The translations under genes and the position numbers were made by a program. Shown piece after piece: positions 50,496 through 60,192 of a DNA stretch of 64,000 nucleotides (its first letter is position 1; each line of letters begins with the position of its first letter). Under the pieces are notes generated by a model. The model did no database searches, had not been told where the DNA came from, and saw only the letters and a program-made list of their open reading frames with translations. Source of the DNA: a virus; IMG/VR virus record IMGVR_UViG_3300021961_000042, positions 32,001 to 96,000 of that record, one strand, 5' to 3'.

Positions 50496-51066
50496 ACCTT
50501 TGGGTTCATCTAAAAACAAAAAACAAATAATTCTTTGTGAAACCAAAAGGAATGTAAAAAATTATATTAACTCTTTAAAATATAGATACAACGGAGAAAA
50601 TAAAAACCTACCAAATTTTATCATATCTAGAGATGGTGAAATTTATAAAATAATGGAACCATTATCTTATGCTAATTATATGAACGATTCTGTTTTAGAT
50701 AAAAAATCTATTATAATATGTATGGAAAATTTGGGTTGGTTAGAAAGAAAACCACTTAGTTCTATATACATAAATTGGATTGGTGATATTTATAAAAAAG
50801 AAGCGTTTGAAAAAAGATGGAGGGATAGAGTTTTTTGGCAACCATACGACGAATATAAACAAATTGAAAGCTTAAAAAAACTTTTAAAAAATTTGTGTGA
50901 TGAGTATAAAATACCAAAAATTTGTCCTGAATCTAATGTTAGACAAGAAGGTGTAGAGAACTTTTCAGGTATTATATCTAAAAGTTCTTATGATTTCAGG
51001 TCAAAAGATTTAAACCCATCTTTTAACTTTAAACATTTGAAAAAATTTTTAGAAAATGATGAATGA
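50464..51066 (+). CDS. N-acetylmuramoyl-L-alanine amidase-like protein lacking Zn-binding His residues
   Basis: IILCET, NFIISRDGEI, SIIICMEN, QIESLKKLLKNLCDEYKIP, KDLNPSF follow the Amidase_2 layout. Confidence 0.65.
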   Translation: MVDLSELTEFKPLGSSKNKKQIILCETKRNVKNYINSLKYRYNGENKNLPNFIISRDGEIYKIMEPLSYANYMNDSVLDKKSIIICMENLGWLERKPLSSIYINWIGDIYKKEAFEKRWRDRVFWQPYDEYKQIESLKKLLKNLCDEYKIPKICPESNVRQEGVENFSGIISKSSYDFRSKDLNPSFNFKHLKKFLENDE

Positions 51067-51583
51067 TTATGATGAAATAAAAAATCTTATTAAGAGAAGT
51101 AAAATGCTTTTTGAGCAAAAGGGCCCTTTAAATTTGGCAAAAAGTATCGAATCAGATATTGAACAAGCGGATCCTGAAGAGGTTAAAAAAGAAAAAAGTA
51201 AAACATATAGAATTTCTGGAGGACTTTTAACTATCCATGCTAAAGATAAGAAAGAATTAGACTTAACCACAGATGAAAAAACAAATTTCCAACAAACAAT
51301 GGACGAATTTGTTGCGGAAGTTTCAGATTTGGCGGAATTTGGAGTATTAAACATATATGAAAACGAAGTTCAATGGAGTGGAAAAATAATGGATTTTGAC
51401 ATTGAATTTTTCTATTCGATAGGTGAAAACAATGGTGTATATGTGAATGGTGATATGATTAAATTAGATGAAAAATTGACAGAATTAGTAACAAAACTAA
51501 CAACATATTACGAAAAATTTAAAGCAAAGTGGGCTAAAGTAATTGCATTAAGAAAAAAAACAAAAATGAAAAAAGAAAAATGA
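51056..51583 (+). CDS. hypothetical protein
   Basis: ORF track; coupled to neighbours. Confidence 0.75.
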   Translation: MMNDYDEIKNLIKRSKMLFEQKGPLNLAKSIESDIEQADPEEVKKEKSKTYRISGGLLTIHAKDKKELDLTTDEKTNFQQTMDEFVAEVSDLAEFGVLNIYENEVQWSGKIMDFDIEFFYSIGENNGVYVNGDMIKLDEKLTELVTKLTTYYEKFKAKWAKVIALRKKTKMKKEK

Positions 51584-51933
51584 TAAATTTTTTAAAAAAA
51601 TATTTTAAAGAGATATTGTTAGTATTAACAATTGGCGTTGTAATTTTTTTGTTGGTAAAAATATTCACACCAGCACCTGACAAAAGTGAATTGTTGAAAT
51701 ACAAATTAAAACAATTGGACGACAAAATTAATGGTTTGAAGCAACAACAAAAACAGTTGGACGACTCTATTTCAATGTATAAAAAAGACATCGAGAGAAT
51801 TGATGAAAACATTGAAAATATAAGATCTCAAAAAACCACCATAAATAACTATTATGAAGAAAAAGACAAAGACATCAAGGGATGGTCTAATAAACAAATT
51901 GATAGTTCATTAAGAAAAAGATACAAATTTTAG
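51580..51933 (+). CDS. N-terminally anchored coiled-coil protein (i-spanin-like)
   Basis: One TM segment followed by heptads; near the amidase-like gene. Confidence 0.5.
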   Translation: MINFLKKYFKEILLVLTIGVVIFLLVKIFTPAPDKSELLKYKLKQLDDKINGLKQQQKQLDDSISMYKKDIERIDENIENIRSQKTTINNYYEEKDKDIKGWSNKQIDSSLRKRYKF

Positions 51934-51936
51934 ATT

Positions 51937-52350
51937 ATGAAAAACATTTTAATTCTTATTTTATTTTTACTTCCTTTAACTTTATTATCACAAAAAGATA
52001 TAAAAAAAGACACAACACAGATATGTTTTCCAACTGAGGTAGGTAGACAAATCGAATCTGATTTAAATGAACTCGATAAGTTAAGAGAATTAAAAAAACT
52101 GACTGATTTTGAAATTAAAGAATTAGAAAAAAAGATAGTTAAACAAGATTCAATAATTTCTAAACTTGAACAAAAAGATGTTAATAACCAATTGATTGTT
52201 GCTGGGGTTGAAGAAAAATTTAAGTTGGTAGAAAACGACAATAAGGACCTTAGAGGTAAATTAAAATGGGCTGGAATAAAATCTAACATAATTGAAATAG
52301 CATCAGGTGCGTTAATGGCAACTTTTGTTTATATACAATTATTTAAATAA
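51937..52350 (+). CDS. exported coiled-coil protein (spanin partner candidate)
   Basis: Signal-peptide-like N-terminus, coiled coil, hydrophobic C-terminus. Confidence 0.45.
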   Translation: MKNILILILFLLPLTLLSQKDIKKDTTQICFPTEVGRQIESDLNELDKLRELKKLTDFEIKELEKKIVKQDSIISKLEQKDVNNQLIVAGVEEKFKLVENDNKDLRGKLKWAGIKSNIIEIASGALMATFVYIQLFK

Positions 52351-52817
52351 TGATAACAAAAAAACAAATATATAAGTTTCTAAACGAAAAAGAAACTAAA
52401 GAAGCCACGGGAGCCGCATCTGCGGGTGGTTTTTCGGCACCTCTTTTTAGTATGTGGTCTGATGATGAAGAGGCAAAAGAAGAATATAAAAAAATGGAGG
52501 GTGAATTTAAAGAAGCGACTTCATCTTCTTCAGTTGGTGCGTACGACACACCTGGTTTTGATGATGTAAAAATGAAAGGTAATAACCCAGTTGGTAGAGG
52601 AAAACAATTTAAAAAACCATTATATAAAGGTGGTGGTTTTGTAAAATTAAATAAAAAATGTAAAACATTTCCATATTGTAGCCAAGGTAATAGTAAAGAC
52701 AAACCAGTAAAAGTTTCTACGTCTTTATCGCCTTTGAGCGAAGCAATACAAAATGTATCAAACAAAACAGGTTTAAGTGTTGATGAAATAAAAAAAATAT
52801 TACTTTCTAAAATGTAA
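52350..52817 (+). CDS. hypothetical protein (possible head/core protein)
   Basis: Repeated KEAT-small-residue motifs; CKTFPYC. Confidence 0.7.
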   Translation: MITKKQIYKFLNEKETKEATGAASAGGFSAPLFSMWSDDEEAKEEYKKMEGEFKEATSSSSVGAYDTPGFDDVKMKGNNPVGRGKQFKKPLYKGGGFVKLNKKCKTFPYCSQGNSKDKPVKVSTSLSPLSEAIQNVSNKTGLSVDEIKKILLSKM

Positions 52818-52850
52818 GGTAATTTATAAATCTAAAGATATTTATATGGT

Positions 52851-54011
52851 ATGGACAGAAAAATTTTAAATATAGTAAACAGAGTTCTTGGAGGAAAAAA
52901 CTCTAACAGAAGATTATTCGAATCAAAAAAAGAAATGTGTTCTGAGTGTGGTAGTGGTGGAATGTATGAAGGTGAATGTAACGAATGTGGATACATGAAA
53001 GAAAATAAAGGTATGTGTTCAGAATGTGGTGGTAGAATGATGGAAGGTAAATGTTCTGAGTGCGGACACAGTAAAGAAAGTGAATTAGGCGAAAGACTTC
53101 ATGGTAAACAATACAAATTAGACAAAAACAAAAATGGAAGATTGGACAGAGAAGATTTTAAAATGATTAGAAGAAAAACTGAGGTCAAAGAAAAATTATA
53201 TGGTAGACAACACGTTCTAGATAAAAATAATAATAAAAAAATAGACGCCGAGGACTTCAAAATGATAAGAAAAGAGTCTGTTTATGGTATTCAGATAGAT
53301 AATAAAACACATTACTTTAAAGAGAATGAAGTTATTAATATAATTGAAAATATTGTTTTAGAAGAAAAGAAAAAAAGTAAAACAAAAACACCAAATGTAA
53401 CTAAATCATCTTTAGAAAAATCTAAAAAAGAAAACGATGATTATATTGCAAGTGTTGTTAAAAAAATGAAAGATTACCTTAAAGATGGTTCAAAAGGCGA
53501 TTATGACATGATGCCAAAAGATTTTCCTAAAGGTAATGGTCAATTAGAAAAAATGAAAAAAATGGCTTATACACCATCTAACACTGCTCAAGAATATATT
53601 GATAATTTTACGGCAGCCGGATTAGAAAATTTAGATTATGATGAGATACACCCTAACGATGAATGGGTGACGGACAATTTAGTTGGTAGTTCAAGAACAG
53701 GTAACAACTCAGAATGGGCAAATGCTGTTGAAACAAATGTCGGTGAAAAAAGAAATAAGATTAGACAAAACAATTTATTGGCAAAAGTAAAAAGAAAGGC
53801 ATATCAAAAAGACGACCAACCAGTAAAAATAGATTCTTCGGGTGAAGATTTTGGTGATACTGTCGACGATCTTTTAAAAAAATATAGTAGTAACCCTAAA
53901 AATAGTAAGAAAGTCACTAAAGAGTCTACTAACACAAAACAAGATAATGTTTTAAACGAAGATTTGGTCAAAATGAAAAAATTAATTGAGTACGGAAAAA
54001 AGACTCAATAA
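52851..54011 (+). CDS. hypothetical protein with four C-x-E-C-G and two EF-hand-like repeats
   Basis: CSECG/CNECG x4; LDKNKNGRLDREDFKMIR and LDKNNNKKIDAEDFKMIR. Confidence 0.75.
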   Translation: MDRKILNIVNRVLGGKNSNRRLFESKKEMCSECGSGGMYEGECNECGYMKENKGMCSECGGRMMEGKCSECGHSKESELGERLHGKQYKLDKNKNGRLDREDFKMIRRKTEVKEKLYGRQHVLDKNNNKKIDAEDFKMIRKESVYGIQIDNKTHYFKENEVINIIENIVLEEKKKSKTKTPNVTKSSLEKSKKENDDYIASVVKKMKDYLKDGSKGDYDMMPKDFPKGNGQLEKMKKMAYTPSNTAQEYIDNFTAAGLENLDYDEIHPNDEWVTDNLVGSSRTGNNSEWANAVETNVGEKRNKIRQNNLLAKVKRKAYQKDDQPVKIDSSGEDFGDTVDDLLKKYSSNPKNSKKVTKESTNTKQDNVLNEDLVKMKKLIEYGKKTQ

Positions 54012-54054
54012 TTAGTATTTCGTTTTTAATCTTATCGCTTTATAATTAGTTATT

Positions 54055-54546
54055 ATGAGCGGAGAAAACTTCAAAGGATTTTTTGATTGGTTAGCAAAAC
54101 CTATGGAACAAGAAGATATTGATGCTTGGTATCTTGCTAATAACATCATACCGGAATACACTGAGTTATTTAGAGATTTTTGTATATCTTTTTTAAATTT
54201 ATTGACTAAAACTTATTTAGGTGACGACAAACAAACAAATAATGAAACAAAAGTTGTTATGTCCGAAAAACAAAAAAAAGAACATTTCCTTTGGTGTTGG
54301 AACAAAACAATTGATAATTTTAAAAAAGAAAACATAACTTTTGTTTTTGAAGAAATCGATTATAATTATTTTGAATCGTTCTTTTATGAAATATTTTATA
54401 ATCAAGAAGAAGAAAAAATAAAATTATCATTAAATACATTTTTTGATCACCTATTTAATGATAATATTAAAAAAACAAAGGCAGATATTGAAATATTCAC
54501 TGACATATATAAAAAATTAGAGAGATCGCTTAATTTTGAACATTAG
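54055..54546 (+). CDS. hypothetical protein
   Basis: ORF track. Confidence 0.75.
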   Translation: MSGENFKGFFDWLAKPMEQEDIDAWYLANNIIPEYTELFRDFCISFLNLLTKTYLGDDKQTNNETKVVMSEKQKKEHFLWCWNKTIDNFKKENITFVFEEIDYNYFESFFYEIFYNQEEEKIKLSLNTFFDHLFNDNIKKTKADIEIFTDIYKKLERSLNFEH

Positions 54547-54610
54547 TATTTACTATCGATACTCAAACATTTAATTTTTTATAAAAATAAAGAAAATTAA
54601 TAATAAAAAC

Positions 54611-54790
54611 ATGGAAACTTTAGAACAAATTAAATCACTAACAGAAACTTTGACTTCAGAAACTAATAAATTTTTTGAAAAAGGAAATCAATCTGCAGGT
54701 ACAAGAGCAAGAAAAGCTGCTCAAGAACTAAAAGAACTCATGCAAGTGTTAAGAAAGGAAATTTTAAATCATAACAAAAAAGATAAATAA
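54611..54790 (+). CDS. histone H1-like protein Hc1 family (59 aa, absent from ORF track)
   Basis: METLEQIKSLTETLTSETNKFFEKGNQSAGTRARKAAQELKELMQVLRKEILNHNKKDK; KGN-x-x-AGTRARK signature. Confidence 0.85.
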   Translation: METLEQIKSLTETLTSETNKFFEKGNQSAGTRARKAAQELKELMQVLRKEILNHNKKDK

Positions 54791-54981
54791 TGTTAGGAAT
54801 AATTTATCCCTTACTCACTTTCATTTTTATTTTATCAATTTCAATTGTAATAAAATTTATAGTAAGTTTACTTTTATCGGCGTTATCAAATCCACCAAAA
54901 AAGTATGAATTTAAAAACTATGAACAAACATTATATGTTATTTTGATAAGCTACATAATAACTTTTTTAATATACCTTTAA
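54790..54981 (+). CDS. small two-TM membrane protein
   Basis: Two hydrophobic segments; TAATG coupling. Confidence 0.65.
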   Translation: MLGIIYPLLTFIFILSISIVIKFIVSLLLSALSNPPKKYEFKNYEQTLYVILISYIITFLIYL

Positions 54982-54982
54982 A

Positions 54983-55396
54983 ATGACTTTTTATCCTTTT
55001 ATAGAAAAAACAAACAAATACCTTAAAACGGTAAGAATCATAAAAAATTACGTAAGTTTTGATATGATTTTTCCTGAAAGTTGGGTCATGATAAAAAAAG
55101 CACCGGATAATGTTGAAATTTTACAGACTGAGACATCTGAAGGACAAACATTAACATCTTTTGTTTGTCAAAATAATAGAGATTTTATAAATTCTTTGGA
55201 ACAAACGCTTGATTTAGTTGTTAAAAGTAATATCGAAAGAGAAGAAAAAGAAAGACTATTTAAAATGAAGGTAAAAGAATTACAGAATATTTTTGAGAAA
55301 GAAAAACTAGATAGTTTAAAATCATTAAAATTTGATTTAGAAGAATATAGAAATATAATTGAAGATGAAAAAACCGTTAACGAGGGATCTAAGTAA
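54983..55396 (+). CDS. hypothetical protein
   Basis: ORF track. Confidence 0.7.
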   Translation: MTFYPFIEKTNKYLKTVRIIKNYVSFDMIFPESWVMIKKAPDNVEILQTETSEGQTLTSFVCQNNRDFINSLEQTLDLVVKSNIEREEKERLFKMKVKELQNIFEKEKLDSLKSLKFDLEEYRNIIEDEKTVNEGSK

Positions 55397-55574
55397 AGAA
55401 ATTGATAGATTAAGTTCAGAAATAAAAAAAAATGAATTAGAGAACGAAATCTACAAAAAAAATATCTCAGAGCAATTAAAAAAGTTAGATAAAAATTCAC
55501 TAATAAATACAGATAAAAAAACTGTAAATTTAACTTTATGGCAGAGAATAATGAAAGTTTTGGGGATGAGCTAA
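55359..55574 (+). CDS. hypothetical protein
   Basis: ORF track; amphipathic C-terminus LTLWQRIMKVLGMS. Confidence 0.6.
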   Translation: MKMKKPLTRDLSKEIDRLSSEIKKNELENEIYKKNISEQLKKLDKNSLINTDKKTVNLTLWQRIMKVLGMS

Positions 55575-55756
55575 TAAAATTAGCAAACATCGTAGAAATA
55601 ATAGAAAATAGTTTTATTGGGAGCGAATTTAGTGATGTGGAATTCAAAATAACAGAAGAAAAAATGAACTTCTTATCTAAAAATTTAAATTATCAAAAAA
55701 ATGATAAGATAACTATTAATATTGGTAATATTAATTTTATCTTTTCGAAAAAGTAG
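55538..55756 (+). CDS. hypothetical protein
   Basis: ORF track. Confidence 0.6.
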   Translation: MAENNESFGDELIKLANIVEIIENSFIGSEFSDVEFKITEEKMNFLSKNLNYQKNDKITINIGNINFIFSKK

Positions 55757-56381
55757 TTTTCAACCGATATAATCTTTTTTTATCAAACCCCTTATTAATT
55801 AAAACACTGTAAATCCATTTTCTTTGTACTAAAGACGTGTCATAAACAAATATTGCATCCATTCTACCGTTATCTATAAAATAATCTTCTAAAACCCCTA
55901 AAAATCTTTTAGATTCGTCTTTGTTTTTTAATGAAAATAAATAAAAGTTTTCATTTTCTTGAACAAATATTTTATTGTTGACTATTGAAATATTTTTAAG
56001 ATCGGTACTTTTTAAGTAATTTATTAAAAATTCTGAAAGAGTTATTTTTTTTTCTGTTTGCCAATCATAAATTTTTTCTTCAATCCTATATGATTTTAAT
56101 TCTAAAAAAACATATTCTGAATTATTTAAATTAACAGGAATATTCCTACCTAAATCATCTGTCAAATAAATAGAATCTTGAATTTTTTTTTCATTTGATA
56201 TCAAACCCAAAAAAAAACTACAATTATCAAAATTTTGAACTTGTTTTTCAAATAATATTTTTTTATTATCACTTAACAAAGTATTATACTTTTTGATTGC
56301 TTTTTCTAAAGTATTATACTTTTTAATAAGTTTTTTTTTCTTATTATTTTCAAATAAAATTATATTATATTTCCCGTACAA
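55737..56381 (-). CDS. hypothetical protein (214 aa)
   Basis: Only long ORF across this interval; strand composition flips accordingly; start codon uncertain. Confidence 0.7.
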   Translation of the reverse strand: MYGKYNIILFENNKKKKLIKKYNTLEKAIKKYNTLLSDNKKILFEKQVQNFDNCSFFLGLISNEKKIQDSIYLTDDLGRNIPVNLNNSEYVFLELKSYRIEEKIYDWQTEKKITLSEFLINYLKSTDLKNISIVNNKIFVQENENFYLFSLKNKDESKRFLGVLEDYFIDNGRMDAIFVYDTSLVQRKWIYSVLINKGFDKKRLYRLKTTFSKR

Positions 56382-56382
56382 A

Positions 56383-57363
56383 ATGAAAAATTATTACGAT
56401 ATTTTAGGTGTTACTGAAACCGCAACACAAGATGAAATAAAAAAATCATATAGAAAATTAAGTAAACAATATCACCCAGATGTAAACCCTGACGGAGATG
56501 AAAAATTTAAAGAAATTGCAGAAGCCTACGAAAATATTGGCGATGAAAATAAAAGACAAGATTACGACATAAAAAGAAAAAACCCATTTGCAGGAATGTC
56601 TGGAGGGTTTGACATGAACTCAATGTTTGAACAGATGATGAACATGGGTAGACAACAAAAGAAAAAAGCACCAGACAAAGTCATTCAATTAGATGTCACT
56701 ATAAATGAAACTTTTTTTGGAACAAATAAAGAATTGAATTATACTTGTGGTGTTAAATGTAATCCTTGTAATGGTGAAGGTGGAAGTAAAAAAACTTGTG
56801 AAACTTGTAGAGGTAAAGGGATAGTTATTCAGGTGTTTGGTACAGGACTATTCAACCAACAAATCCAATCCACATGTCCTTCATGTAATGGTACTGGTAG
56901 TAAAATAATAGTTGCTTGTAATAAATGTAATGGAAAAGGACTAAATTTTGAGAATCAAAAAATACAAGTTTCAATACCTAGTGGTGTTGATAGTGGCGAT
57001 TTTTTAAGGGTTTTAAATAAAGGGGATTATAATACACAAGTTAAAACCTACGGAGACTTAATATTAAAAGTTAATCTATTGAATGATGAAAAGTTTCAAA
57101 AAATTGGAAATGATTTGGTTTATACAAAAATATTAGATCCTTTAACCCTATTATTAGAAAAAAATGTAATAATAGAACATCCCGAAGGTGAATTATCTAT
57201 TAAAATACCTTATACGTTAAGTACTGAAAAACCATTAAGAATAATGAATAAAGGTTTTAAAAATAAAGAATCTATTGGTAACTTTTTTATAAAAATAGTT
57301 GTAGAAAAAACAGAAGAATTAGATCAAAATAAAATAGAAAAAATTAAATCTATTTTAAAATAA
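56383..57363 (+). CDS. dnaJ: DnaJ chaperone
   Basis: MKNYYDILGV, HPD, G/F/M-rich linker, four CxxCxGxG repeats, GDL C-terminal domain. Confidence 0.93.
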   Translation: MKNYYDILGVTETATQDEIKKSYRKLSKQYHPDVNPDGDEKFKEIAEAYENIGDENKRQDYDIKRKNPFAGMSGGFDMNSMFEQMMNMGRQQKKKAPDKVIQLDVTINETFFGTNKELNYTCGVKCNPCNGEGGSKKTCETCRGKGIVIQVFGTGLFNQQIQSTCPSCNGTGSKIIVACNKCNGKGLNFENQKIQVSIPSGVDSGDFLRVLNKGDYNTQVKTYGDLILKVNLLNDEKFQKIGNDLVYTKILDPLTLLLEKNVIIEHPEGELSIKIPYTLSTEKPLRIMNKGFKNKESIGNFFIKIVVEKTEELDQNKIEKIKSILK

Positions 57364-57513
57364 TTCTAAAAATTTTTGAACCAAAACAACAGTACCATAG
57401 ATAGATGTCAATAACATATATATTGAAAAAACCACCATCCATGATTGTACTTTACTTAGTCCTTTTTTACATGTGTTACATCCTGTTACCTGTGTTGTCT
57501 TTTTTTCTTCCAT
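57355..57513 (-). CDS. 52-aa CxxC plus transmembrane microprotein (absent from ORF track)
   Basis: MEEKKTTQVTGCNTCKKGLSKVQSWMVVFSIYMLLTSIYGTVVLVQKFLELF, translated by hand. Confidence 0.6.
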   Translation of the reverse strand: MEEKKTTQVTGCNTCKKGLSKVQSWMVVFSIYMLLTSIYGTVVLVQKFLELF

Positions 57514-57536
57514 GATTATATTTTAATAAAGTTCGG

Positions 57537-57568
57537 TTTGAAAATAAATATTTAAATTCTTATATTTG
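57537..57568 (+). promoter_or_regulatory. Bacteroidota-type promoter TTTG-N20-TATATTTG
   Basis: Consensus match 4 nt upstream of the methylase ATG (possibly leaderless mRNA). Confidence 0.65.
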
Positions 57569-57572
57569 TATT

Positions 57573-58412
57573 ATGTTAAGTTATATCGGTGGTAAAAGTA
57601 AGATTGGAAAGTGGATAGTTCCTTTCTATGATAAAAACATGGAGATTTATTTAGAGACCTTTGGAGGTATGTATTGGTGTTTTTATAACATGGACCTAAA
57701 ACAATACCCAAACCTAAAGAAAGTTGTTTATAACGACTTTAATCCATTAAATTATAATTTGTTTAAATGTGTGCAGAACCCATCTGAATTATTAATGGCG
57801 ATTAATTCAATAGATTGCCAAAAACAAGGGGTCGATCTTACTCCTGAAATATATAAAGAACAATTTATAAGCTTTCAGGCTGAAATTTTTAATCAAGGTT
57901 TCAGCGTAGAACCTGGCGATTATGAAGTGGCAGCCAAATACGTTTATATTCTTACACAAGTATTTAGTGGGTCAAAACCTGAGACATCTAATTTTATTGA
58001 TCTTAAAGGTAAGTACAAGTCAAAGTATCTAACATTTAGAGATAAGTTATCTAAACCTGATTGGGTTGATCATTTTTTAAAAATAACTGATGTTGAAAAC
58101 ATGGATTTTTCAGACGTGATCGATAAATACGACTCACCATCCACATATACCTATTTAGATCCACCGTATTGGAAAACAGAAAACTACTATTCAAATCACG
58201 ATTTTGATAGACAAGACCACGAAAGGTTAGCAAATGTTTTACATAATGTTAAAGGTAAATTTAGTTTGTCTTATTATGATTTTGAATTATTACATGAATG
58301 GTTTCCTGAAGATAAGTACCGTTGGGTCAAAAAAGAGTTCGCTAAGGCCGCATCTGCTAAGAAAGGAGAAAAACAAAATATGGGAGAAGAGTTATTGATT
58401 ATGAATTATTAA
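57573..58412 (+). CDS. DNA adenine methyltransferase (D12/Dam family)
   Basis: YIGGKS, ETFGG, VYNDFN, YLDPPY, LSYYD, ELLIMNY. Confidence 0.92.
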   Translation: MLSYIGGKSKIGKWIVPFYDKNMEIYLETFGGMYWCFYNMDLKQYPNLKKVVYNDFNPLNYNLFKCVQNPSELLMAINSIDCQKQGVDLTPEIYKEQFISFQAEIFNQGFSVEPGDYEVAAKYVYILTQVFSGSKPETSNFIDLKGKYKSKYLTFRDKLSKPDWVDHFLKITDVENMDFSDVIDKYDSPSTYTYLDPPYWKTENYYSNHDFDRQDHERLANVLHNVKGKFSLSYYDFELLHEWFPEDKYRWVKKEFAKAASAKKGEKQNMGEELLIMNY

Positions 58413-58458
58413 AATATTTTTCTTATATTTGTGATATTTATTAATAAAAACTTTAATT

Positions 58459-59835
58459 ATGGCTATTAGATTTACGAGTATTTTAAGAGATTTAATTGTT
58501 GAGAGCTCAAGATTCCAAGTACTATTTGACAAATACGTTAAACCAAATAAAGAAACAAGAAAAGGTATAATGCCTTTTCATGTGTTATTTGAAATAATTG
58601 CCGCAGACCCAACATCAAGAGTTCCTGAAGGAATGGAAGCGGTTAATGCAAAACCAGAAGACATGGAAAAAGTAAAAATTGGAAAATATACCCAATGGAT
58701 ACTTAAAAATTATGTAACACCAAAATTCGAATTAAGTAGTGGTATTACGGATCCTAATAGCCCCGCGGTTAAACAAGCAATTAAAGAATACCAAGCATTA
58801 TTTTTAGAGGATCTTTATAAAGTTACAGGTGACTTAATGAAGTTTGAAAGATTCAAAAATAGATTACCCCAAGAATATAGAGATATTAATAAATTAACAC
58901 CCGAAACACTTTACGATCAAGTTAAAGATTTCAGTTTAGAAAAAACTAAGGCGACCGCTGACGAGAAAAAAGAGGCATCAACGTCATACCAACATCCAGG
59001 AGCTGAAGAAGTTAAAAGATTTGGTGAATGGACTGTTGTTAAAATTTCAAATACAGGACAAATAGGTAAAGACGCGGCATGTTTTTATGGTGGATATTAT
59101 TTAGAACCACAAAAAGGTGAAACAAGATGGTGTACATCATCGCCAGGTTTAACATGGTTTGATAGATACATTAAAGATGGTCCTTTATATGTTGTTATCC
59201 CTAATTCACCACGTAAATTTACAGGAAGTATGGAAGTTGGCGAAAAAACAGGTCTTCCAGCATTAAGATATCAATTTCACTTCCCATCTAATCAATTTAT
59301 GGACCCTGCGGATAGAAATATTGACTTGGTTAAATTTTTACAAGATAGTGAAGAAGGTTTAAGAGAATACTTTAAACCTCAATTCATGAAAGGTTTGTCT
59401 CAAAATAACGGTGAAAAAGTATCAGTTAACTATCCGGGTGATTCGGCATCTAAATTCATCGCACTTTATGGTTTTGAAGAGTTCTTTGATACATTACCTG
59501 AAAATATTAAAAGATTGGAATTTACACACAAAGGAGGAGGTGAATCGTTTAATTTACCATTACCTGAAAGAATTGGAGATTTCAAACAACTAAGTGCTTT
59601 ACACCTCGTTGGTTGTGTTTCTAAAATACCTGATAGTATTTGTAATTTAAAAGAATTGAAGTTCTTATCATTACCTGATAATCCAAACTTACAACCTTTA
59701 CCGGCATGTTTGGCTGAATTACCAAAATTATCAATTGTTAATATTAAAGGTAGTACTGGTCAAAACGTAGTACCTGAAGCATTAAAACAGAGAGCAGAAA
59801 GAGATAATTCATTCTTTATTTTTGACACAAAGTAA
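58459..59835 (+). CDS. protein with leader, central WCT domain and C-terminal leucine-rich repeats
   Basis: ETRWCTSS...YQFHFPSNQFMD; LPERIGDFKQLSALHL, IPDSICNLKELKFLSL, LPACLAELPKLSIVNI. Confidence 0.8.
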   Translation: MAIRFTSILRDLIVESSRFQVLFDKYVKPNKETRKGIMPFHVLFEIIAADPTSRVPEGMEAVNAKPEDMEKVKIGKYTQWILKNYVTPKFELSSGITDPNSPAVKQAIKEYQALFLEDLYKVTGDLMKFERFKNRLPQEYRDINKLTPETLYDQVKDFSLEKTKATADEKKEASTSYQHPGAEEVKRFGEWTVVKISNTGQIGKDAACFYGGYYLEPQKGETRWCTSSPGLTWFDRYIKDGPLYVVIPNSPRKFTGSMEVGEKTGLPALRYQFHFPSNQFMDPADRNIDLVKFLQDSEEGLREYFKPQFMKGLSQNNGEKVSVNYPGDSASKFIALYGFEEFFDTLPENIKRLEFTHKGGGESFNLPLPERIGDFKQLSALHLVGCVSKIPDSICNLKELKFLSLPDNPNLQPLPACLAELPKLSIVNIKGSTGQNVVPEALKQRAERDNSFFIFDTK

Positions 59836-59888
59836 AAAGTATAGAAAAAATTTCTTATCTTTGTTTATTGAAATTAAAAAATGAAGTT

Positions 59889-60170
59889 ATGAGAAATTTA
59901 GATATAGACATTTACATGACAAACTTCAAGGGGTTCTTTGATAAAAACCCCGAACAATTGACACAACTGATAGGTTTAATAGACTCAGAAAAGTTTTTTG
60001 ATGGTGTTAGAAGTATTGTAGAAGAAAATTCTAAGGATGAAGAAAAGGCACTTGAACCAACAAGAAAGCAACTTATAGATTTAATAGTAAAACTTAATGG
60101 TAACAAAACAGGCGTTGATAAAGTAATGCCATATATGCAACACCACATGGGTTTAATTTGTATGAATTAG
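59889..60170 (+). CDS. hypothetical protein
   Basis: ORF track (ATG at 59889 preferred); TATCTTTG at 59856. Confidence 0.7.
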   Translation: MRNLDIDIYMTNFKGFFDKNPEQLTQLIGLIDSEKFFDGVRSIVEENSKDEEKALEPTRKQLIDLIVKLNGNKTGVDKVMPYMQHHMGLICMN

Positions 60171-60192
60171 TAACATTTAAATAAATTTTATT

